The notes under the pieces were generated by a model. It did no database searches. It had not been told where the DNA came from and worked only from the letters and a program-made list of their open reading frames with translations. Source: Klebsormidium nitens (Eukaryota; Plantae; Klebsormidiophyceae). Taken from it: a stretch of 64,000 nucleotides of DNA. Location: the NCBI GenBank assembly GCA_000708835.1, contig DF237408.1:1-64000 (forward strand), written 5' to 3'. Both the position numbers and the translations under genes were made by a program. Shown here piece after piece: positions 50,379 through 61,700 of this stretch; within the stretch, counting starts at the first letter, position 1, and every line of letters begins with the position of its first letter.

Positions 50379-50879
50379 GGGAAGGGTCATTTTGAAGCGG
50401 TACCCCCCGTAGTAGCTGTGGAGCCCTTTTGGGTCGAGGACCCTTCTGGCCCCCCCTTACTCACGAGCCCTGCTCGCTCAAGCCTGTCCCAAGTTCCCCC
50501 CCCATGCCTTCGGAACCTTGGAAGGCTCCAAGTCCCCCCCCCCATTCACGGGCTTGGGGATGTGGATATATTAGATGTATTTAGCGGATTTTGTTTTCTG
50601 CTGAGTCCTACAGCAACCTAATGCAGGGGTTTTTTTCACAATTGTGAAAAATCTGCTTTGAAATTGGCTCAAAACCCGTCATAAACAGGCTCCACAAACA
50701 CATTCCCCCCTCCGACCTCTAGCCATCGAGGTCTGCACAGGCTCCCCCCCCATATAGCTACATGTCCTTCAAGGGGTACCAAGCCCCCCCCCTTCATGAC
50801 TCGATGTTTCAGTCTTGGTCCCAGGTACCCCCCCCTCAACAGCGACTACGGGGGGTACCGCTTCAAAATGACCCTTCCC
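50379..50879. mobile_element. Non-autonomous DNA transposon (MITE), PIF/Harbinger (Tourist)-like, 501 bp
   Basis: Perfect 35-bp terminal inverted repeat GGGAAGGGTCATTTTGAAGCGGTACCCCCCGTAGT (about 45 bp with 2 mismatches). TTA target-site duplication at 50376-50378 and 50880-50882. Internal oligo-C runs. No transposase. Confidence 0.92.
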
Positions 50880-51957
50880 TTAGCGGCATGATCTGTCGTG
50901 GTTTATCTCATGTCACTACGCGTACTTAGCATGTCGAAGCTATTACTGATATGTTCGTTCCGGCACGCCGCCGGACAACGTCTAATGCATGTTTCAGGTT
51001 GACGAGGTCAATTGACTCTCTGACACGAACAATCTCCAACTTAATCCGTCTGTAGGCGCTAGGACTAAGCATTCTGCAGATCAATCCGGCGTGAGCGTGC
51101 ATGTGATATATTTGGATGGCCTAGCTAGCTCCTGGAATTATTGCACGAAAATCTGTGCATGAGCCACGAGAACGACGCACTCCAACCGTCACATATATAT
51201 GTGTGCATGGTGGGGTCATGCTCCGATTGCATGTGCGGATATACTACAATGAACATAGATGCTACGACGCATGCTGCTGACAACTTATGTCCTGTGCATT
51301 CAATCGGATCACGGTGTATGCCAGGGACTTGACGAAACGCTCGGTCCAAACACCTTTCAAACAGAACGGCCGGGCGGCTGCTGAACGAATCTTTGTGCTA
51401 CTGATGGCCAACGAGTCTGCAAATGAGTTGATACACCGGCGTACAAGGTGCTTACTACTCTCATCGAGATCCTAGGCTAGATTTATCCGAGATGATGTGA
51501 AGACAGTCTGAAGTGATTCTGAGTTCTAGTTACTGTGCTTCGACGATTTTTTTCTATGTGCACAACACCTATGACAAGTTGTCCTGTCATCAGCACCTAA
51601 TGCTCTCTGTTCATCAAGATGATGAACGTCTACGGTCGACTTGGCAGTCAAAGAATTCTGAATCAATTTGACTAGCTGGTAAAGTCACGTCGTCCTGCGC
51701 GCAAAACCTGCCAATACCTTTGCGTAACCCCGAGCTGTAGCTGTACCTAGAGGCCGAATGTGGCCACAAATACCAACGTATTTTTATATCGCTGTACCTT
51801 GACGGTCCTAGTACGAATGATCTACTACGAGATCCTGTCCCTACCAATCCTATTGAGCGGCAATGGCCGGTCAGATCCTTCGTCCTGGTTGAGCCTCGAA
51901 TAGCGCACAGCCGTGATGCTCCCGGCTGGCCGCCCCTCCGCGTGAGTGCGGCCGTGC

Positions 51958-54900
51958 CTAGAGGGTGATGGTCACGCTCTGGACGCCGTCCACGCCTTGC
52001 AGGATGGAGAAATACTTGAACTGCCCGTTGATCTCCACCTGGTAGTCGCCGTGGAAACCTGCGGCCAGAAGCAGGGGGGCCACGGGTGAGTCGCGGGAAA
52101 GCAGTCACGAGCCTCCTACACTGTCCGCTTCCTGGGGCTGCACCCGAATCCGCGGGCCTCTGCGCCTCCGCAACGCGCCAATTTTGTAATATAGTACAAC
52201 GTCGGCACGCCAAACAGGCCGACTCCGACATGGTCTACTGCGAGGCGGACTAACACTCCAATCAACACAAGCAGAGTAAATTTCCATCGAAATTGCAGGA
52301 TGAAACCGTCAACGCTTTGAGAAACCGGGCTACTATTTGCGAGAAATTGCGCTATCGCGCGGTGCTTACCCCGGAAGGTCTGCGCTGCACCGTCGCTGGA
52401 GGTGGTGCCGGCGACGCCGCGCGTGGCCCATTCTTGGCGCAGGGCGAGGAAGACCTGCCCCACCTCGTTGGGCGCGCCGGCCTCGTCGAAGAGGCACGTG
52501 GGGCACGTGGCCGGGGTCTGGCCGAAGCTGGGCACGATGTGTTGCAGGCTGATGTGCGCCACCGCCGGGTTGGAGAACAGCTCGCGCAGCGCCACCTCCG
52601 CCAGGGCCGCGCGCGCCGTGTCGTTGCGCACGCCCAGCGCCCAGTTGAGCTCCGTCACCCAGATGGGCAGCCCCAGCTGCGCGATCTTCGCGATCGCTGC
52701 ACAAACAACATATTTGGTAAGCGCTGTTGGCGAGTAGCTTCGAAGCCGATTCGCAATCAGCAAGACCCAACACAAATGTCAATCGCAAGCCCAGTGCAGA
52801 ATCAGACTAGAGGAACGTGCAAGACCTGTGTTTGCATCGCTACAGAGTCGCATTCGGTGGCATCGCTGAGGGCCGTGCCTGTTTCGAGGGGGCTTGCTCA
52901 CATTGGCGGAAGCGCGTGGGGTCCGTCTGGTCTGGCTGCACCTGGAACTGCAAGCCCACAATGTCCACGTCGCCCCCCAGCCCCTGCACGCGTCGCACGT
53001 GCGCCACCAGGGCCTCGGGGGTGCCCGGGTCGCCGAAGTCGTGCCAGCATGACTCCGCCACCTGCACGCACGTCCGCCGCTGTCAGACACAGGCAGCACG
53101 CAGGCCAAGAGCGCGCTTCGCGGGAGAGGACGGGCCGCTTATTACGGTGCGACCACCGTACCGAACTGGCAGGCTGGATGGCGGAGCACCTGGCTCCAAA
53201 ACCGCGCGTCGTATAGAGAAGAGAGGCCCGACGAACAGCAACGGAGCCCGCGTTGACGGGGTTCAGTCGGTACGCTTAGATGAGCTCGCGCAGGCCGCTT
53301 GAGTACCAACATACGAAAATAGAAGGTCGTCCAGAGTGCTCACTAAAGAACCGATCGCTCACGTTATATTCGTTGAAGATGAGCGGCGTCGTCGGGTCGT
53401 TGGCCCGGACCTCCTTATACAGCCGAGCTGCACAGGCCGGGGGGGACTGGATGTCAGGGAGAGCGCCGCGCATGCTTCTGAGGAAAGACCGTTCGGACAG
53501 AAGGCAAAGCAGGCTGCAGGCTTTTTGACAACAAGTACCGGGTCCTTTCTTTGACCATGTGACGAACTTCGAAAAGCGTCTGGAGGAACCTCTGGGAGTA
53601 TATCGCAAGACAAAGCGGTTCACACGATCACAGAGTGTACAATTGCTCGCGGGAAGCCCGTGCCATTCGCCGCAGTGAGAAGAGGAACAGACAGCGCCAA
53701 CGGATAATGGCTGCAGAGGGTGCGTACCGATGCTGTCATCCCCTCCCATGTCGTTGACGAATGTTTTGTGAAGGCCTTCGTTGTCGACGGTGTAAGAATT
53801 GACTTTCCCGCTGAAGTGGCCCATGATCGCATCGATGAAGCGCGAGATGAGCTGGTCCAGCACCGCCTTGTCCGCCGGCTGGAACAGGCGAACAACACGT
53901 CACCATTGCGCGCCAACGAGGGAAACCGACAGAGAACGATTCCAACCGCTCCCGAGCCTTGCTGCTCTTTATGGATATTAAACCTTACCTGCGTTGAAAC
54001 TGTCACGAGGGCAGCGCACTACGCGCGGACTCATCAAATCCGCGGGAAAGACAGAGGACTGTGACGTACAGCGCGCCGCACGTTTGTACAACGCCCCAGC
54101 AGTTGTCGCCAAGAATTGCTTGCAACGTGACTCTGCAAACCGTCAGGATGCAACAGTCTCACTTTGTTTGCAATAGCAAGCTGGTGGGTGGGAGGTGCCG
54201 CGCGCGCTCACCGTTTTCACTTTGTCCTGCACCCACTGCGGGATGCCGTCGCGGAGGTCCTCCCAGATGAGGGCCGGCCCGTTGACGGCCATGCCGTGCG
54301 CGGCAGCCCATGCCAGCATCACGTCCACGTCAGCAAAGTCGAACTGGCCCTCCACCCGCTCGATGGAAGTCCAGCCGCTGCACACGAACAAGACGGCTCA
54401 GATCCAATGCTTTCAACGTCGCTTCAGAGACTAGGCTCCCGAGAAACGTCTATCAGCTCCTCTCCTAGTCTCCAGACTTCTGCAGAGATGGTACAGAGCA
54501 GTCAATCCCATCTCGAAACTGCTCAAGCCAGGCTCGGTTCGTCTAGGCCGGTAATCAGGAATCAAGTGCCGTTGCAAAAATCGCCGGCTAGTGTAGATTA
54601 CATTCGAATCTGACTTGAGCGACACCCAGTGCAAGAGCACAGTTGTATAAGCGTGACGGAGCCTGGGGGTGAGAAGGTGGGTGGCGGCACTGACCACCAG
54701 AGCTGCACTTGGTTGAAGAGCGACTGCAGGAAGGCAGAGTAGGCGGGCTGCTGCGCCACGGTGGGGTTGATGTCCACGCCCCACGGGAAGCCCGACCGCA
54801 CCTGCTCCACCGTGTACGCAGCGCCTGCCACCGGGGCGCCCGCAGACGTCTGGAAGTGAACCACCACGTCGCTCTTGCGGTGCTGCACGCAGCAAGCAGG

Positions 54901-56544
54901 TGGTTTACGAGGCAGCTGACGTCCAAGAGAAAAGTATCCTGGCAAACAGGGAACGAAGCGCAGCCCGAGCTCGAAGTACCTTCTTGAAATGCCCATGCAG
55001 GCTCCAGCGCGCCTGACAGCTAAAATTCAACTGAACGAGATCTGAAGGGTCACTTGTGGTGAAGAACCTACACTAAGCACAGGTTCTGACTGTTCCAAAC
55101 AAAGAGCATCCAGTTGGAGCGCACGGCACCATCGTTGCTGCGCCGGTCAGCTGACCTGGTCGATGAGCTGCGCCTGTCGCGCGCGCTCCTGCGCGGGGTC
55201 CAGCGCGGCCACCACAAAGCTGTGCACCTGCATGCCCACGCCCGCGGGCACGCCCGACAGCAGCATCTTGGCGGAGGCCGTGGCGGGGGTGAAGCCGCCC
55301 TGCACCTGCGTCCAGCACCCCGCCTGCACCACCGTGACCGCCCCCGCACACCGGTTGCCGTTAACGTGCGGGATGAAGCACACCGACAGCGTGTGCGAGG
55401 TCGTCGTGTTCACCAGCCGCACCTGGATAACACATAAGAGCGCTCCCGTCAGCAGATGAGCAGGCGCACCTGACAAGCTCAATGTCGTTCACAGCAGACT
55501 CCTTCCTGGCATACATGGCTTGGGCTCAAGTTCCAGAGACAGCAAGGTACTCTGAGACGGTCTTACACTCCTACTGGGATTCTGCAACAAGGACCAGCGC
55601 CGCAGGCAGGAGCGCTCACCCAGGCCAGGATCTGGTGGGTCCAGCCGGGCTGCAGGTTGTTGACGGTGACTGCCACCCCGCTGGAGGTGTTGAGCAGGGC
55701 ATGCCGCGGGGTCTCCACCCAGCGCTTGTTGCGCGGAACGTGCAGGCGGGACGAGTTGCGGCGGCACATGTAGCACTCCCAGGCAGCGGGGGCGCGCCCG
55801 CCGGAGAAGTCGTTGGGGACCAGGCTGGGGGCCAGGGGCGTGTCCGCTAACGATTCTGAGCACTGTAGAGGGAAGCCGCAGAAAGTGAGGCAACGGGGAG
55901 AGACCGAGAGCACCCTTTCACAAGCAAACTAGCTAGTGTGCACTTGACTCAAGTAGCACAGCTTGCAGAAATTCAGCTTGCAGTCGAATTAAGGTGCCGC
56001 TGCCGTAGGACTCCATTGTTTGTATCAATGTCCTGGCTCTACTGGCTCTACCCTGCCAGTGCTTCCGTTAGGCTCACCAGAGGTGCAGGGGCTGACAGCG
56101 CGTCCGTCGCCAGCTGACCCAGCTTCCGGTGCGCATTACTGGTAGCTGCAGGGGTTAAATATTACAGGCTGAGTGTGAACTTTTTACTCCCTTCGGTTCT
56201 GCATTCAACAGTGGGAGTGCATCAAGGGACAAGCGACATAGCACTTCCAGTCCTCAACTGGCTTTTCTCACAACCCCCCATAAGTGGCAACTCCTACCAG
56301 GAGTCACTCAGTCTTGCAGCTGCCAGAAACAAACTTGTCCGTCAAGAAAGGACACTGTTGTGACAGTTCATTTGACGTGATATCTCTTCCACTTGACTGC
56401 ACTGCAACCGCTCTCTCCAACTCTGCTTCTTTCAAGTCCTATGAATGCTAAACCTGAAGCCCCACCTTGGGAGCCCACCGCAGCCAGTGCCAGCAGCAGC
56501 AGCAGTAGCAATGTGCCCTGCTTGCACGCCAGAATGCCCCCCAT
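51958..56544 (-). CDS. Secreted plant-type GH10 (endo-xylanase-like) glycoside hydrolase with an N-terminal CBM-like domain, ~11 exons
   Basis: Signal-peptide-like MGGILACKQGTLLLLLLLALAAVG. CBM-like exons (CSESLADTPLAPSLVPNDFSGG...; GCWTQVQGGF). RKSDVVVHF...EQVRSGFPWG. Acid/base region GKVNSYTVDNEGLH, PLIFNEYNV, nucleophile region LGLPIWVTELN, C-terminal FR|GFHGDYQVEI...TITL*. Confidence 0.88.
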
Positions 56545-58784
56545 GGTGGCCTGACTTGGCAGCGCTCTGCTCAGCAGGCAAACGCCACACCAGCTTGCCG
56601 GGATTGTACTTGGATGCAAAATACTGTCTTACCCGCCTTGCAGCGCGGTTTCTGAAAGCGCAGGAATTGGAACGTATTGTCCGACAGGATGTTGGCTGAT
56701 GTGAGACTGTTCCAACAGTTGTGTAGGTCTGCAGCTTACACTTCAAGAACTCTCTCAAGGAGCTTAAGCAACACTGTTTGAAGGATGCTAGTCCCTGATT
56801 CATGCTCTGCAAAGTCCATAACAATGACATGTAGTCGTCCATGTTTGCTGCAGTTGTTGTAAGGAGGCTGCCCCTCAGTAGCAGCTCAGAATACTGAGTC
56901 ACAAAGCTAGACGCTCCTGAGGTCATGTCAACAAGCCATTGAAAGAAGTCCCCGACAACAGCAGTCCCGGCTACAGCGGCCGCCCTTTCACTGCTTCAGT
57001 TCCAGTCGAAGAGGCGGCGTCCTGCTTCAAACCTCACTATAGGTCTGTGTTCAGCAACTTTGGACAGAGCCTGAGCCTGAGGGGCGGGATCGGAGCAAAC
57101 GTACGCAGGTGCATGGCGGTTGACCTGAATCTCCGCTGCTAGGTACTTGGTGCATACGTGGACCGCAACCGATGGCGGTATGTACCTGTTTCAGGGGGAT
57201 CATCCTGCGAAGGCGAAGTCGGCACAGCTCGTACTGCCACGTGTTTAGTCCTGCTCGGGAGACCTCGGATCAGTCCGTGCGCGCATCGTAGTACCTCTTC
57301 ATGCTGTTTGGCAGCGGGCCCGGTACCATACCGGCTCGAAGATATTGCGGGCGCTGAACCCGATCGACGGGCAGTCATGCTCAAGGCTTTCGACATCGTT
57401 ATCAAACCGAATACGGTTTGCAGCTCAGAGGGGCGGCCATGGCCGACACTCTCTCGAGCTCGAGATTCCCTCATTGTTTGCTTATATCAGGTCAGGATCT
57501 TCAAGTTGAGGCTTGTGCCTTTAGCCTGGGCTGCAACAACTAGTACTTCCTCTGGCCTCCAGCTTTTAATGAAGCTTGAGAAGATCAGCATCTCCAAGCA
57601 CTGGGAACAATCAGGCAATCACCATCAAAAGACTGATGGAAGGAACGCGCGTGAAGTGATCAGAGACTAGCGCCTAGTCTTGTCGACTGATATCCAGCTG
57701 CATAGAGCAGCAGCGTTGCCGCAAATGCATGCCGCCTCCAATCAGGGCTCTTCATGACTTAGACTTGAAAAGTCAAAATATGTGTTTGTCTTTTGAAGCC
57801 CTGTGCTTTGGCACTGCCGAGTTCGTGAACAAAACGAACTTTCGGTGGCAAACTCCAAGCTGCTCGCTGGAACTTGGAAGCCGTCCTGCAATCTTTTGCT
57901 GTCTTGAGGATGTAATTTGAATGTTGAGGCACGGTAACTCTACGTTTGTACATTGATTTTGCTCAACGAACGGACCACTCACTGTGGCACACTTCCATAG
58001 ATGGCAGCGATTTCCGTGCTTGCTCGAAACCTCACGCAGTTGCAATCCTTATAGCGGACCTCATTCGCAAACGTTCACGTTGAAGGTTTGCCCTGCTCCC
58101 CGGGTACTTGAAAAACCATTTCGACTGTGAGTGCCTGACTCCATCCCGGCCCAAGCAATCGAACCTCCCTACCAATGCAAGTTCGCAAGTTGACGACACT
58201 TGTCCAGATTTGCAGAATTGATGCAAAATTTGAGATCGCCCGAGCATTGACATGACATCCAAAGTGCGTACCATGATATCAAAGTAGTGAGTCTCTTAGT
58301 CGGCGAACTGTCAGTGCATACGTCGTTCAGAATTGTTGCTTGTTCTCGGTGGTCAACTCCATATGTCGTGTCTGTATTCCAGGCCTCGTATACTGGGGCC
58401 AAAAGATATTTGAGAAGTAGCCTTGCCCAAGTTTCTGAGGGCGCTTGCCAACAGGCAGTGCTGTCCATATGCCTCTTCTCTGTATTTATGTGTCGGGTTA
58501 TGTCTTTTTGTATTGAAGCCTCTCGTGGAGTTTGAAGGAAGAGAGACTTTGAGAAGCATATGCGGTGAGTTAACCTGCTGTAGTTAGAGTCTCTATGCTC
58601 ATGAAAGTGAGCATCAGCTCTTCAACCACGGTCCGCTGTTTTGGACATGGGAGACATGGATACTTTGTCCAAGGCGCCTGTCTTAACCGACCCTTCTGAC
58701 GACTGTATCGAGTGAGCCCCGTGGCTTGAAGCAAACCCCAACACGGTATGGTACCGGAAGTGACGCTAATGGCGTTGCTTTACC

Positions 58785-61700
58785 CTACGCGATTTTGACC
58801 CACAGCAGCGAGAGCACGATGGACAGCAGGCCGGCCCACACCAGGATGATCGTCGGCGTCTTGTTGCTCCGCCCCATCAGGCCCTGCACACACACGCACG
58901 CCACTCAATGAAACTAGAAGCTTTTCAAGACGAACCAGGGTCTTTGTTACTTTGCAACAACACCGCAATCGAGCAGGTTATCACAAGACTAGTGCTCGAC
59001 GCTTGTTCCTCTAAGTAAGACTTTCAGCTTCTCCGGAAACGGCTGGACAACAAGCTCTAAGCTGTTACAGCAAGGTCTCAGGTTCTCAGGAGTTGTTACA
59101 CTCGATCGTTGCATCTCAAACTTTTTCTAAAGTGCTGCATGGATGGTAAGGCTTGTGGACGCTCGCGACGGTGCCCAGTGCGCGGCCGGCGTGAGGCTGA
59201 CCTTGGCAAAGGGGTAGAGATGCAGGAGCACCCAGATGGAGAAGAACAGGCTGCCCAGCAGCTGCCCTGCACCACAACCCAGCCACGCGGGGTCAGCGGC
59301 ACGACAAGCAACGGACATAGCAGCCACACCGTTCTTGTGTGCAAAATACATGCAGCTCCACGGTGATATTCAGTAATCGTTCTTGGGATGACTAGAGCGG
59401 CAGCAAAGATTCCTCGCTGGACGGAGTGGCTCACCCCAGCGCGGCCCGCTGGCCTGCACGGTCCGGGCGAGGCCGGCAATGCAGGCAAACAGGTTGAACA
59501 GGATCAGCGTCAGGGGCGGGATCATGAGCCACGTCCACTGCAGGCGCCATACGGAGACACGAGCGTGCAGTCAGTACAGGGCAATATGTGCTGCAGCACT
59601 GAACCGCAGCCACTATTGTGCAGATATTCCGAGTTCTTCGTGCAGGTGACTTTACAGTTCTGAGGAGAGCTAGTTCGAAGTTTCAACGGTAGAACGTGAA
59701 GCTGAGAAGCAATTTACAAGCTCTCAAAACATTCCAAAGAATCTTCAAGGCGCGCACCCTGAAGTGGTACAGCTCCGCGAAGTCGCCGCCTTCCCCGCCG
59801 TCCTTGGAGGTGAGCGTGAAGGCGGTGTCCACGCCGGCCAGCACCTTGAGCAGGCCCTGCAGCACCGCCGCCAAGTGCGCGCTCGTCCCGCCGATCACCC
59901 AAAACTGCTCGTTGCGCCACCACTCCTCCAGGCTGATGTCTGCAACCACGCCACGCCCGCCGTCAGCGCCCAAACGAAAATTGACAACTCGTTCAAAGGT
60001 ACAAGAAAGCGCAGAGAGCATAAGCAAGCGAGATGTTCGCCAATGTATCTAGTGTCTCGTCAACAAACAGGGAGTGGCTTGGAGCTGAGCGGATGCTCAC
60101 GCGCCCAGCGGATCTCGAGGATGGCCGTCGCGAACACGCTGAGGAAGAGCAGCAAAAAGTACACGATCGCCGAGTCCGACAGCTGCGGGAACACGACGGA
60201 CAGCGTCAACCACGGAAGCAGTACTTAGCATGCATTTAGCAGTCTCACAAGCACAAAGAGCAGGCAATTAGCAAGCAGCCAAAGGAGGCAGGCGAAGCCC
60301 GTGAGTGTGCGACAGGCGGAAGGCGCGGTGGGCGCCTCACGTTGGCGACGATGAAGGTGTTGGTGAAGAGGCCGATGGCGGGCAGCAGGCAGTACGTCAG
60401 CAGCGGGATGCTCGTGAACGGATACACCGTCGTGTTCACGTACCTGCACGCGCAGCGTCTTAGTCAACACAGCACGACAAGACTTAAAACCACCAGAGAC
60501 GATACCAACAGGGCTGCTGAGACAGGCGCGCTGATGAGGAGACTCGCAAGCGACGAAAGGCGGGTGTGGGCGAGGGCGCGGGGCTGCTCACGAGAGGCGC
60601 TGCACGAGCTTGAGGCTGCTGGTGGGGCTGTACCACAGCGGATTGTAGCGCGAGAAGAAGATCTCCACGCTGCCCAGCGCCCACCTGTGCACCGTTAACA
60701 AGAAAGAGCTGAGGGATAGCGTACTCCACACGGGCCTGCCAGCGTGAAGAGATGAAGGAATTGACTTTCTTTTGTACTAAGCAGCTGTACACTGTGTGAC
60801 CTTAGTACGTATTTGCAGCGAACCATGAAGAGAACGGGGCCACGGCGGATCGTTGCCTGGTGGCTATGCGCGGCGGCTGCTACGGTGCGCGCGCGCTGAC
60901 CTGAGGACTTGGTGCAGGCGGTCGGTGAGGTTGATGGGCGCGGAGCCCTTGAACGCGGGCCGCGCGGTGATGCAGTACACGCTGCGCCAGCCGCGCGCGT
61001 GCATCATGAAGCCCGTCAAAATGTCCTCCGTCACCGAGCCGTAAATCCACCCGATCTGGACCAACGAGCACGGGCAACGAACTTGGCTTTGGTTTTCAAA
61101 TGCAAACCTACAAGCTTTCTCTCGATCCAGTCACTTACTCAAACGTCGTACAGCCGCACATGCTAACGATCTAGAACTGCACGCAAGTATGAAAAGCCTC
61201 GGATAAGTTAGTTTTTTCAATAAAGTCTATGCAATGATCGCGAGACCTGACAACTTTAATACCATGGGTCACAGAGCTCAAAGTCGACCCTTCGCCAAGG
61301 CAATCTGCCGAGCTGGAATTTTCGGATCTGTGCGGCTCACCTTCTTGCCCCAGTCGCTCTTGTCCTCGTAGCCGCACGAGATGACCAGGATGACGTCCGT
61401 CAGCACCGTGCGCGGGGAGCTCGGCTGCACCCCCCACCGCGGACACAGGAGTCAGCACTGGGAGCGACGTCTGAGGCGACGTAAGGAAGCAAAGGAAGAA
61501 CCGGTAAAGACGTTTGCACTCGGTAAACCCCGTGAGAGACTGAAACGGGAGCTACGACGTATCGGCGGCTCACCACGGGGTTGCCGTCAACAATGAGCGT
61601 GGACGCCACGAAGTTGTGGCACATGCCGAAGCGCGCGGCGTGCCACTTGAGCGGCACCAGCGGAACCTCTGCACAGAAAAGATGGCGACGCGTGGTCACG

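Noticed and set aside
52293-53216. 307-aa plus-strand ORF
   Set aside because: Antisense shadow of GH10 exons, with low-complexity Arg/Ala/Gly composition typical of GC-rich reverse frames.
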